A stretch of DNA of 64,000 nt. Source: Antedon mediterranea (lineage: Eukaryota; Animalia; Echinodermata). The position numbers and the translations under genes are program-made. Each line of letters begins with the position of its first letter. Positions within the stretch are counted from its first letter, which is position 1. Where the stretch lies: positions 18,166,001-18,230,000 of the forward strand of contig NC_092674.1 of the NCBI RefSeq assembly GCF_964355755.1, read 5' to 3'. The notes below the pieces were generated by a model. The model saw only the letters and a program-made list of their open reading frames with translations, was not told where the DNA came from and made no database searches. Shown here one piece after another: positions 51,335-64,000 of this stretch.

Positions 51335-52012
51335 TAAAAAATATAAACGTCGTAGTGGTGTATCGTTACATGTACTTTACTATTTCAATCGACTATATTA
51401 ACAGGGACAGTATTAAAAAAGTATTAAATCCTAAATGTTTTACTGTGTTTAGTGGTATATTATTGATAGGCCTATAAAACATTTAAAACAATATTTCGTT
51501 ACTGAGTGGATAAAGAATATATTTAAAAATTGTTCTTCCCATCCTCTTCCCCATCCCTTAACTCTAATTTTATATACAAAACACAAATTGGGTTTGTTTA
51601 AATGAGTTCAAATACAAATTTGGACTCATTTTAAAGACAAGTTTCTCCTTCGGAAGTAGGCCTAATACCCAGGGTGCTAATTTTAGTTGACTACACATTA
51701 ATCATCGTGTCTATTTATTCGTTTCTGAAAACGACAATGTATTTATAGTCCTGCGGTACGTACATTTGAAATCGCCAGTTTTTTTACGCTGAAATTACTG
51801 TGTATTCGAGAACCATCTGTGGACGACCTACATCAATTTGAGGTAAATGTACAGTACAGTATCTAAATCGTTTAATTTTCTCTTCAAACTACTATTTTCA
51901 TAGTAAGATAAATTTGTGGAACCACAAAGGTTCAATATTGGATTAAAACATGGCAAGCTAGATGCTTGACCTTTTACAGATCAACCTGAAATACATAATC
52001 TTTTTACTTTTT

Positions 52013-55000
52013 GGTTATCCACACTTGGCGGATAACCCCTTGTTATTGTCAGGATCTTTTTTTTTCTATCCTATTCTTCTTTCTTATTCTTATTTCTTTC
52101 CACAAATTTTGTTGCGCGTTTGTATCTCTAAATCTTCTCAACATAACATTGTATAACTTTATCAGAAGATTGACCTCTATCTGAAGATGTCATAACATAT
52201 GCATGATTATACGATTTTAAAAAATTTTTATTAAATTCAGAACCAAAAGACATTTGCCATTGAAACTTAAGAAAATGACGATTCATATCAAGGGCCAACT
52301 TTCTACGCGTTTCATGTAATTTTAAGCATGTAAAAATGTCCAAGCGCGTGCACATTTTTACACACGCGTGATGCGTACGTAGCGTTGAAGACATCTTTTA
52401 TTTTCGAGATTGGACAATCTTTTTTTTTTGTTCAAAAACTTCAAAAATTCGTCAAAATTATAACTTTCTTTAAACAGTCTTAGTTTCTAAACTAAACGGT
52501 GAAGTTTATTTTTATTACATATTTTGGAAGTTGATGAGTTGTAGATATCGGATCATGTATCAATATATAGGCTAACTGGACATTGTGACGTGCATCGGAT
52601 GTTATGACGTCATCATATGGCCAGTTGAATTATAAACGTCGTATTTTCATATTTTGCGTCATTCATAATAAACAATTTCTTCCGTGTGCAATCGGGCAAT
52701 ACAACAAGCAATTTAAAAGATAACTTGAGACGTTTTATTTTTTATTCTATATATAGTGTTTTAATATTTATACTGTTCATAATGTTTTATACATAAGCAT
52801 ATTTTCTTATATATTATCTTATCCATTGTATAGTATTGTATGTTTTTGACTGTTGTTATTAGTTATCCGCATTGAGCGGATAACTCCTTGTAACTGTCCT
52901 GTTTCATCATCTTTTTTTAGTTATCCGCTTAGTAGCGGATAACTCCTTGTGATTGTAGTGGATCAATATTTTTTTTTTTTTTCTGTATTATTAGTTATCC
53001 GCTTAGTAGCGGATAACTCCTTGTAATCGTCCTGTTACTTTTTTTTTTTTTTTTTCTTATTTCTTTCTCCCTCATTTTTGTGCCTCACGTATCTCAAAAA
53101 CTTGTAAACATAACATTTCATAACTTTGTCAACATATGGGCATTTACGTGAAGTTGTGCACCTCCTATTTTTGAATGACGTCAGAGTTGCGCAACGTGAC
53201 TTACGTGCGATTTTATGATTTTTTATGATTGATCATAGACTAAAAACCAAGCATAAATTTGTTTTGACACTTTGTGAAAATTTAAGTCATATCAAGGGCA
53301 AACTTTTTGTGGATTAAAAATGCCATGTTTTACATGACGTTAGGCGCGCACGCGCATTTCTCCTCTATTTTTGTATCTCGCGTATCTCAAAAACGTGTAA
53401 ACATAACATTTCATAACTTTGTCAACATATGGGCATTCACGTGAAGTTGTGCACCTCCTATTGTGAATGACGTCAGAAATGCGCAACGTGACTTACGCAC
53501 GATTTTATGAATTTCGTGTATTTAACATAGATTTAAAACCATATAACAATTTAAATTGAAACTTAGCAAAACTTTAATTTATATCATGCGCTAACTTTTT
53601 GTGGAAAAAAATTGCGTGTTTTACACAAAGTTACGCGCGCACGCGCATTTAAAATTCAAAATGCGCAAAATTAATTTTTAATCAACTTTCTACGCTGATC
53701 ATGACATTTTGACCATGTCAAAATTTCCCACGCGCGCGAACAATTTTATGCGCGTGGTGCGCACGTAGCGCTAAAAGTATTTTTTTTTTTATTGAATTAT
53801 GTTTTTCCAGCCTTTTATAGTAATTTTACAAATTTTAAAACAATTTTGACTTACAATTACGTCATACGGGCACGTTGAATTGGATACTTTACGTGCGTTT
53901 TTGATGAAAAAGTTCAAAAATTTGTCAAAATTATGCCTTTTTTTAAACAGTCATAGATTCTAAACAACGAGGTGAACTTTTTTTTAATTACATATTCTGG
54001 AAGTTGATGAGTTGTAGAAATCGGATCATGAATCAATATGGCTAACCGGACATTGTGACGTCATCGTATGGCCACACGAATGTAAAATATAGGATTTTTG
54101 TCTCTTTCGTTATTGCTCATCATATTCAATGGAGCGCATCACGCCTATCTGTATTCCTTTTTCTCTGAGATTTTAATATTGTCTAGGTCAATCAACTATC
54201 TTACGCATGAGTTAAAAATATTTTAATTTTTATGACGTCACCATGCCTAAAAATTTTAATTAACAGCGTCAATAATTTCATCTTTTGCGTCATAGTTCAT
54301 TACATTTAAAAAAGCGCGCATTAATATTTCACGTATTCAAATTTCTTCTAAACGTTAATATGTTGTTGCTGAGATAATTTTCTTCCGAAATTACTACTGT
54401 ACCTTCGCGTTTCCTTTTGAAAATTAAAATAAAATACGGGTCCCGTAATTTCACCTATTTTACACTGTTTGTGACATGTATACAGATTATACTGTGTATA
54501 CTATATGACAGAAAATATACAGCATTCAGCACTAACAACATATCATATTCTTAAGTTCAGGTCATAATGACATAATCTTTTTCAATGTGCAACATTCCAA
54601 CGTATGACGTGCACGTGGCGTTTGTCGTGCGGATAACTAACTCGTCAAAGTGACGAGTTTCATGTCTAGTTCTTATTTCTTTCCCATTTTTTTGTGAGTC
54701 ACGTTTCTCTAAAATGTGTAAACGTAACATTTTATAACTTTGACAACATGTGGGCATTTACGTGAAGTTGTGCATCTGCTATTTTGAATGACGTCAGAGT
54801 TGCGCAACGTGACTTGCGCGCGATTTTATGATTTTTAATGATTGATCATAGCTTAAAAACCAAGAGTAATTTTTTGTTTACCCTTTATGAAAATTTAAGT
54901 CATATCAAGGGCAAACTGTTAGTGCACTAAAAATGGCATGTTTTACAAAAAGTTACGCGTGCACGCGCATTTAAAATTTCAAAATGCGCAAAATTAATTT

Positions 55001-58000
55001 CTAATCAACTTTCTACGCGTTTCATGTCATTTTAAGCATGTAAAAAATTCCCACGCGTGCGCACATTTTTACGTGTGCGGTGCGCACGTAGCATTAAAAA
55101 CATGTTTTTTTCGAGTGATTTATGTTTTTCCAGTCTTTTATAGTAATTTTACCAACTTTTATTCACTTTCGACTTAAAAGTTACGTCATACGAGCACGTC
55201 GAATTGGACAATTTGCGCTCGTTTTTTATGAAAAAGTACAAAAATTTGTCAATATTATGCCTTTTTTTAAACAGTCGTAATTTCTAAACTACACGGTCAA
55301 CTTTTTGTGGATGACATATTCCGGAAGTTGATGAGTTGTAGATACCGGATCATGTATTAATATGGCTAACCAGACATTTTAACGTCATCGTATGGCCACG
55401 CGAATATAAAATTGAGGATTTTTGTATCTTTCGTCATAGCTCATCACATTTAATAGAGCGCATCTCCACTTATCCATTTTCCATTTTCACCCCGATTTTG
55501 ATATTGTCTAGGTCAATCAACTATCTTTCGCATGAGTTAAAAATATTTTAATGATTATGACGTCATCATGCCTAAAAATTTAAATTACATGTGGCATTAA
55601 TTTCATCTTTACAGAACATTTTAATCTGTTATAGCTCGTAAGAATAAAATGTGATAATCACGATTAAAACGTTTTCTGGAAGCTATTGGATTGTAGATAC
55701 AAAATCATGTAAAAATTTGGCAAATCGGATGTTGTGACGTCATCATATGGCCAGTTAAATAAAAAAAGTCGTATTTTCATATTTTGCGTCATAGTTCATT
55801 ACATTTAAAAGAGCGCGCATTAATATTTTACGTATTAAAATTTCTTCTACACGTTAATATGTTGTTGCTGAGATAATTTCCTTCCGAAATTCCTATATCA
55901 GTGTTTCATTTTCATACCGTCACCATGTTAAAAATTGGAATAAATGACGGGACCCGTAATTTCGCCTATCCTACACTGTATTAATATGTATACAGATTAT
56001 ACTATGTATACTGTAAATAGTATATGACACAAAATATACAGCATTTAGCACTAACAACATATTATACTCTTCAGTTCATGTCAATATGCCATAATCTTTT
56101 TCTGTGTCCAATGTATGACGTGCACGTGGCGTTTGTCGTGCGGATAACTAACTCGTCAAAGTGACGAGTTTCATGTCTAGTTTTTTTTCTGTATTCTTCT
56201 TTCTTTCTGTCATTTTTGTGTCTCGCGTAACTCAAAAACGTGTAAACATAACATTTCATAACTTTGTCAACATGTGGGCATTTACGTGAAATTGTGCACC
56301 TCCTATTTTTGAATTACGTCAGAGTTGCGCAACATGACTTTACGCGCGTTTTTCCGAATTTCGCGTATTTAACATAGATCGAAAACCATATAACAATTTA
56401 AATTGAAACTGAAAAAAAGTTTAAGTTATATCTTGCGCTAACTGACTATGGGGAAAAAATGGCATGTTTCACACGAAGTTACGCGCGCACGCGCATTTAA
56501 AATTTCAAATTGCGAAAAATCAATTTCTAATCAACTTTCTACGCGTTTCATGTCATTTTAAGCATGTAAAAAATTCCCACGCGCACGCTTTTTTTTACGC
56601 GCGCGGTGCGAACGTAGCGTTGAAAACAATTTTTCTCTCGTGATTTATGTTTTCAAGCCTTTTATAGTAATTTTATCAACTTTGAAACAATTTCGACTTC
56701 AAATTACGTCATACGGGCACGTCGAATTGGATAATTTATGTGCGTTTTTGAGGAAAAAGTTCAAAAATTTGTCAAAATTATACCTTTTTTTAAACAATCA
56801 TAGATTCTAAACTACGAGGTGAACTTTGTTTAAATTACATATCCAGGAAGATGATAAGTTGTAGATAAGGAATCATGCATTGATATGGCAAACCGGACAT
56901 TGTGACGTCATCGTATGGCCACACGAATATAAAATATAGGATTTTTGTATCTTCCGTCATAGCGCATCTCATTTAATAGAGCGCCTCTCCACTTATCCGT
57001 ATTCCATTTTAACCCAGATTTTGACATTTTCTAGGTCAATCAACTATCTTACACAAGAGTAAACATTTTTTTAATTTTTATGACGTCATCATGTCTAAAA
57101 ATGTAAATAACGTGGGTCACTTATATTTATCTTTACAGTAAATTTTAATCTGTTATAGCTCATCAGAATAAAATGTGATAATCACGATTAAAACGTTTTC
57201 TGGAAGCTATTGGATTGTAGATACGAATTCATGTAAACATTTTGCCAATCGGATGTTGTGACGTCATCATATGGCCAGTTGAATAAAAAAAGACGTATTT
57301 TCATATTTTGCGTAATAGTTCATCACATTTAAAAGGGTGCGCATCTATATTTTACGTATTCAAATTTCTTCTACACGTTAATATGTTGTTCCTGAGATAA
57401 TTTCCTTCTGAAATTGCTATCTAAGTGTTTCATTTTGATACCGTCGCCATGTTAAAAATTGGAATAAATGGCGGGTCCCGTAATTTCACCTATTCTACAC
57501 TGTATGTAATATGTATACAGATTATACTGTTTGCATGTATATACTATATGACACAAAATTGACAGAATTCAGCACTAACAGCATATCATATTCTTCAGTT
57601 CTTGTCATAATGCCATAATCTTTATCTGTGTGCAATATTCCAACGTATGACGTGCACGTGGCGTTTGTCGTGGTGCGGATAACTAACTCGTCAATGTGAC
57701 GAGTTTCATGTCTAGTTTTAATTGCAATTTGAACCTTGGAAGGCAAATTTCATTTACTTTGTATTTGACAATAAATTTTAAGTTAAAACTTAGGTCCCGT
57801 TGTTTTCACCTATTCTGCACTGTATGTAGTATGTATACAGTATATAGTGTATATACTTGGACACAAAATAGAAGGCACACTAACATTTTATTTTCTTCAG
57901 GTCCCAATGGCATAATCGTTTTTCTGAAGGCAATATTCTAATGTATGACGTGCATGTGGCGTTTGCGCGGCGGATACCTAACTCGTCCATAGAGACGAGT

Positions 58001-58008
58001 TCAAATCT
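52013..58008 (+). mobile_element. Nested cluster of HINE family A elements (heads at 52013, 52861, 52919, 52993; tails at 54669, 56180, 57715, about 58008)
   Basis: Four GTTATCC...GCGGATAAC head hairpins and four GCGGATA..TAA-AACTCGTC..GACGAGTT tails, three of them ending in CTAG. Three similar bodies of about 1.5 kb. Confidence 0.88.
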
Positions 58009-59313
58009 GTAAAACCTTTTTAACAAAACAAGAAAGTACAAGTTAGGAAACAAAAGCCTGCAAAATATTTTAATTGGCGAGCAGGCCAGATTAATGTTAA
58101 TACCTGCTCAGATGACTTCTTACTACATGAAACCCTCATTCAAATTAAAGCAGCAAACCTTGACATCGTGTGTATGCATTGGTACCGGTGCAATCTCACA
58201 TGAGAAATGCAGGAAGCAATTAAGATAAGGGTGTAGGAACTACGGAATGAATATTTGTATGAAGAAGCAAGCAAGTTAAATGAAGCCCACCAAAATACAA
58301 AAATATTTGATTTATGGAGAAAAGCTAAGGAGCATGGTGATGTTATAAGAAAAGCACCAAAGCCTATAAAATGTCCTGGATTACGTGAACACTTTAAAGA
58401 TCACTTTAATCCAGACTAATCTAGCCTTAAAATCTCAGATGAAATTAGCACACCCCCAGAATATATAATCAACCCGAGACAACCAGAAATTGAGATAGAC
58501 GATGAACCTCCGTCCAAGAAAGAAATTATTGACGCAATCGGACATCTGAAAGGTCGCAAAGCTACCCTAGATGTCGCTTCTGAAATGTTGCAAGTCGCCA
58601 CAGAGAACCCAGTATTCGTCGACCATGTACATAGACTGTTTGAGGAAATTTGGAGAACCAAAGAAGTACCAAGTGATTGGGGACTGTCCAAATTAACAAC
58701 CATTTGGAAAAAAAAAGGCAGTCCACTTGATCCATCAATGTATAGAGGAATATCGATTGGGTCTACTTTTTCAAAGATACTTATGGTTTTCATTCTTTCA
58801 CGTTTTTCCATCTTTTATGAAAGTCAACTTCTACGCACACAGTTTGGATTCAGGTCCAACAGATTCTATATATGTAATCAAGCAGATCCAGGAAATTGTA
58901 TATCGCTCAAATCGCAAACTCTCTATACATGCTTCATTGATTTAACAGCAGCATTCGACCATGTGAATCGTAATCTTCTTTTCTTAAGCGTTCGTAATAG
59001 ATTTCACTTGAACCAGTCTACTACTATGATTGACATAATACAATCACTGTACAGCTCAACGAAAGCATACCTTGCTGACGACGACCAATATTTTGATTAC
59101 GTTATTAGAGTGTTCAAACAACGCTGGAAAGATGCTAGTTTGGATGGTCTAATGATACAATACCTAATTCCTATTGAAGCTACAAATCGTGCTCAAAGAT
59201 GTAAAGCACCGGCAAGGGCATGTATGAAGACTTTGAAAGTGGCTATGCTGAATTTGTGGAAGCTCCTGGTCACAAGAAGAACTGCAAACCATTGTGAACA
59301 TCTTGAATGAAGT

Positions 59314-61206
59314 CAGGGGTGGCGCCAGGATCTTCCCGACGCGGGGGCTACATTCCCCGACGAGGGGGCTATGCGAGCGAAGCGAGCATCACAAGGCTGG
59401 GGGACAGGGGGCCACCAAGGGCCCCCGGTGGGGGTCCAGGGGGCGAAGCCCCCGGAAGCAACGCGTTCTAGCGTCATTTGAGGTCATTTTAATCAGATTT
59501 AGGGTAGCCATTTTTTCCATTTTTTATAATGCATAAATAAAATACTGCGTGCAAAAAAACGATGCGCGATGACTGTTTCAATCTATATTTTTCAATTTAA
59601 AAAATAAAAGTTCAAAAAAATTTAGAAAAATAGAGTTGGAGGTCCTGGAAATTGGACTTATTATACTTCAAAACATGAAACAAAATATATAAGTCCCTAT
59701 CATGGTTGTGACTGAGCTAATAAATGTTTGAAAAATAGAGATGTTAGGTCCCGGAAAATGCACTTCTTGTACTTCGAAATATGACCAGCTTTATTGTTGG
59801 GGCTGAGCTAAGAAAATGTTTAAAACTAGAGCTGCAGGTCTTCAAAAAATTGCATTTTATACTTTGGAAACATCAGGCCCAGAGGCTTAAAAAACGCAAG
59901 CGTAGACCTTTTTCAGTCGGGGAAATAAGTTTATTCCTCCCGAGTGTATGCCTGCGTACCATCTGGACTTCCGAGTGGTGAGAAATTCATGACATACAGG
60001 AAAATTTAATAACTTAGCTATAATAAGATGTTGGCTAAGCGAAAATGGCATGTTTTTTTGTTTAGTAATGGATGAAATATTTATTTTAGGTGCCCCACGG
60101 TACAGAAGGTTACTTGTAAATTAAAAAATTGGTGAACATACGAACAATTAACATAATTCGTTTTTGCTGTAGTGTAGCGTACGTCGACACAGCAGACGAC
60201 GTAACCGTCGGTAAACTTCGCCTGGAAAATAACTACAGTACACATTTTGGTCCCTGGATGGAACATGATATCACGACCCAACGTTGAACGATTCGTACAA
60301 AGGGATACCGCCAGACAAGTGCGTACAGCTATAGCTATTGTTTAGTAGTAAGTTAGATCGCTGGCAATAATGAATGTATATAAAGTGCATAATATCACTC
60401 TGACGTCTCTCACGGTCAATGAAACGTCGAGGTTTTCTAGGCGCTGAAGCTACGAAGTGAACGCGAACGAATTATATTCCCCGACAAAAAGTACCCGAAC
60501 CGTCGGTAAGCTTCGCCTGGAAAATAACTACATTACACATTTTGGTCCCTGGATGGAACTTGATATCACGCGTCTCGACCCAACGTTGAACGATTCGTAC
60601 AAAGGGATACCGCCAGACAAATGCGTACCTAGCTAATGTTTAGTAGTAAGTTAAATCGCTGGCAATAATGAATGCATATAAATTGCATAATAGCACTCTG
60701 ATGTACTCTCACGGTCAATGAGACGTCGCGGTTTTCTAGGCGCTGAAGCTACCAAGTGAACGCGAACGTTTTTTACTGTATATTATATTCCCCGACAAAA
60801 AGTACCCGTGTTCCCTTCGGTAACCGTCGGTAAACTTCGCCTGGAAAATAACTACATTACACATTTTGGTCCCTGGATGGAACATGATATCACGCGTCTC
60901 GACCCAACGGTGAACGATTCGTACAAAGGGATACCGCCAAACAAGTGCTTACAAGCTATTGTTTAGTAGTTAGATCTCTGGCAATAATGAATGCATAAAA
61001 GTGCATAATAGCCCTCTGACGTACTCTCACGGTCAATGGAACGTCGTGGTTTTCTAGGCGCTGAAGCTATATGAAGTGAACGCGAACGTTTTTTACTGTA
61101 TGTTATATTCCCCGACAAAAAGTACCCGTGTTCCCCGACGGGGGGGCTAGGCTCCCCGACGAGGGGGCTAGAGCCCCCGTAGCCCCCCCCGCTGGCGCCA
61201 CCACTG
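59314..61206. mobile_element. Non-autonomous hAT transposon
   Basis: Perfect 8-bp TSD AATGAAGT (59306-59313 and 61207-61214). TIR CAG(G/T)GGTGGCGCCAG. Subterminal CCCCGACGAGGGGGCT repeats. Excision restores the LINE reading NILNEVCLEFGLK. Confidence 0.93.
60200..61140 (+). repeat. Three tandem units of about 295-325 bp inside the hAT element
   Basis: The unit start CCGTCGGTAA(A/G)CTTCGCCTGGAAAATAAC recurs at about 60205, 60500 and 60824. Confidence 0.9.
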
Positions 61207-62339
61207 AATGAAGTTTGTCTGGAATTTGGTCTAAAAATTAGTGCCCCAAAAACAGAAACCATTATATGGAACTGGAAAGAGGAAGTTGAAGAATACCCAA
61301 GATGCATCATACAAATTGGCGGCGTACACATTAACAACGTAAACACACTTTAGATACCTTGGTGTATGGGCTACCTACATTGATGTTCATATTGGATATC
61401 AAGAAGTAAAATACAGAATCAATTTAGCCAAAGGAGCATTTGCAGAGAATAGGGCATTGCTTACCAACAGAACGATCCACCTACAAACAAGAATGTTTCT
61501 TAATGGTCTAGTTAGGAGTAGACTCACCTACAGTATGGTTGCCATGCTTGAAGGGCAACAGGAAGTGAAATGTCCAAAACTTAGCACAAATAAAATATAT
61601 GTAGACTGGCGTTACGTAATTGATGACGATCTCTACAAAATTACTGGCTGTCAACCGCTAGAAGAATATGTCTACAAGCAACAATTCAACTGGATCGGAC
61701 ATGTAATTAGAAAAGAAAATGAAGATCCTACAAAAATTCTTACTTTTCACACAACACAAAGTAAACGAAGAGGTCGGAATTGTTGAGGACGCTGTAGTGC
61801 TGACGCCTGTAATCTAGCTAACCTGGACAAAATTTTTTTTTTTTTACCTTTATTTTACTGTTTTGGTTACTGTTATACCGTTAATTGTGTTTGTTTGTAA
61901 TGCTGAATGTGTAGTAACCTAAATTTAGATTTCTGCTGACTAAATGCCTCTTCAAAAATAGCTGATTTTCTAAACTGATTCTTAGGCCTAAAGGTGATAA
62001 AAGTGACTGTGTGAACTGTAGCGTGACACACTACAACACGGACTGTGGGTGTGAGACGATAGCCAGCTGAACAATGTCAGTCATAATGTGTATCAGCCAC
62101 CCTAGGCCTGGACCTATTTCGTATAGCCGTGAGTTTATGCTTTCATTTCATTTCATTCCTGAGCTTACTTAATACCAATACCTCAGAGATAATAAAATCC
62201 TCAAACACAAACGTTCTCGAAGAGGAGGAAGGAATATTCGGAGATGTATTGCAACTATAATTTCGCAAAGTCAAAGAAATTACAATAAAAGCGATGATAA
62301 TATTGTCCAGGATAGGTTGCCTAAAGTTCTAGTTAAAAT

Positions 62340-64000
62340 AGTGAGAGAAGAGTATGCCTTTAATAAAAGAGAGACTTCCATCAATACTACTCACTAATGC
62401 TAACTCACTAGTTAATAAAATGGATGAATTTGAAATTGTAATGAAGAGAGAAAATATAGATATCGCTATTATCACTGAAACTTAGTTTACTATCGATCTA
62501 CCTAGTGATTCCGGAAAATTTAAATTATGTGAATATGAAGTATACCGTAAAGATCGGGCAAACAAAAAAGGAGGTGGTGTAGCAGTATACATTCGTAATC
62601 ATAGAATCTGCAAGCATTACTGAAGCTGTGATACCCGAAGATCTTGAGGTGGTGTGGATCCAGGTTAAAGTACCATCTTCTATTGGATCAATAGTATGTA
62701 TATGCGCTGTGTATTACCCTCCGAGGTGTAACCATGCAATGCTGCTTTCTGACCACATTGTGACAACAGTGGATAAGATTCGAGGAATACATAATAAAGC
62801 AGCATTTATTATACTAGGCGACTTCAATGAATTTGATACTGATGAGTTAAAAAACCCTCTCTTACTTAAACAATTCGTTCTTTTCCCAACTCGCAAACAA
62901 AATTGCCTGGACAAAATTGTCACTGATGTTGATAATGTCTACGAAACACCCATAAAGTACAGTCCATTGGGCAAGAGTGACCACTGTGTTATCATTTGGA
63001 AGCCTTTAAATCAAATTCGCAAGCCTACCTCAAAAGCCTTGATCACAAGGCCATTCAGAGAATCTTGTATTCGATCGATGGGCCAATGGATAACTCAGGA
63101 ATCATGGGAGGAGGTGTATTTGGCAGAATCAGGAGAGAAAATGGCAGAAATCCTTGAAAATATACTAAAACAAAAATACGAACATTTTCCGCAAAAAGTA
63201 ATTCAACGACGAAATAATGAAAAGCCGTGGATGAACTATCGCATACATAAATTGATTGATGAGCGACAAAAGGCATATAGATCTAATAATATAAATTTAT
63301 GGCGAAGCCTAAGAAAAAAAGTAAAGTATGAAATTAACAAAGCTAAAGAGAAAGATTATAAGGATAATATAGAAGGACTAAAAAATGCACAACTCGGTAA
63401 ATGGAATAAAAAAATTAAAAACATTACAGGATATAACAATAAGTCAGACAATGTTAAATTAAGTAATTATGGTGAATCTGTTGAAGAACAGGCTGAACAA
63501 ATTAATGAACATTTCTCAAGAGTATGTTGCCAGCTTCCACCACTCAGATTGGAAACACTTCCCTCGTACTTGCCTACAAAACCACTCCCCAAAATATACC
63601 ATGGAGAAATTTGGAAGAGTTTAAACAAATTAAACTCCAATAAATCTGGCCACCCAGATGATATTCCGGTGAAACTCATTAAGCTGTTTTCTTTTGAAAT
63701 AGCACAACCCCTATTTTTAATCTTTAATACCTGCCTAAACGAAGGGGTGTTTCCAACTGTTTGGAAGACCGCATCAATTGTACCAGTACCTAAAGTTAAA
63801 AAACCGACAATGGTTGGCCAATTACGACCTATTTCACTAACTAAAATATTGGGTAGAGTATTTGAATCATTCCTAGCGGGATGGTTAAAAACGGATTTCG
63901 AACCAGTATTGGATTGTAAACAGTATGGTAACGTGAGAGGAACTAGTACAACACATTACTTAGTAGATATGTTGAATACAGTTATATCCAATATTGATGT
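62340..64000 (+). mobile_element. CR1-group LINE ORF2 (endonuclease plus RT start), disrupted, running off the window end
   Basis: LLTNANSLVNKMDE, IAIITET*, RKDRANKKGGGVAVYI, YYPP, ILGDFN, LDKI, SDH, then FPTVWKTASIVPVPK, LRPISLT, QYG..RGTSTTHYL. Confidence 0.92.

Larger units (their letters stand above)
48022..51830 (+). mobile_element. Helitron copy 3, host to a Harbinger-like MITE and an inverted Helitron; 3' hairpin lost
   Basis: A|TC start at 48022. Colinear with the other copies once 48548-49635 and 49885-51334 are removed. Ends at GACGACCTA, before the hairpin. Confidence 0.8.
58010..61790 (+). mobile_element. Degraded RTE-like LINE split by a hAT element
   Basis: EVPSDW...KKKGSPLDPSMYRGISI, QFGFR, CFIDLTAAFDHVNR, FGLKISAPKTET, RYLG, WIGHVIR...RGR. 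Frameshifts and deletions. Confidence 0.88.

Noticed and set aside
51900-52000. Candidate splice acceptor (tatttcag|GTTGAT) for an upstream TPP2 exon
   Set aside because: The following sequence hits a stop quickly and does not resemble the TPP2 N-terminal region.
54557-57746. Repeated minus-strand ORFs containing TRHETRHFDELVIRTT
   Set aside because: They are translations of the HINE 3' terminal stem-loop in three copies, not a protein family.

Overview
AT-rich animal genomic DNA (an invertebrate, possibly an echinoderm, but that is inference only). One host gene is present: tripeptidyl-peptidase II (TPP2, subtilisin S8 family) on the minus strand. I traced 12 coding exons (45860 down to 2415, about 632 codons), all with GT-AG introns and continuous reading phase. 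They include the catalytic His (HGTHVAS), the oxyanion Asn (SAGNNGP) and the catalytic Ser (GTSMSSP). The 5' exons (catalytic Asp) and the 3' exons lie outside the window. The introns are almost entirely layered transposons: degraded LINEs (L2/CR1 and RTE types), two Helentron-type non-autonomous (HINE) families, a non-autonomous Helitron family, two Academ-like elements with 3-bp TSDs, hAT, piggyBac, Kolobok and Harbinger-like MITEs, tRNA-derived SINEs, two tRNA-Val pseudogenes, a 5S rRNA pseudogene and a decayed minimal hammerhead ribozyme. The most unusual structures are a triple self-nested HINE stack, a fold-back Academ derivative built from two 3' ends, a Helitron whose terminal CTAG is inside its hairpin stem, and TACAGTA/TAGGCCTA micro-insertions that look like excision footprints. 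I see no support for a novel protein-coding system. Most ORFs in the supplied track are spurious or transposon-derived.
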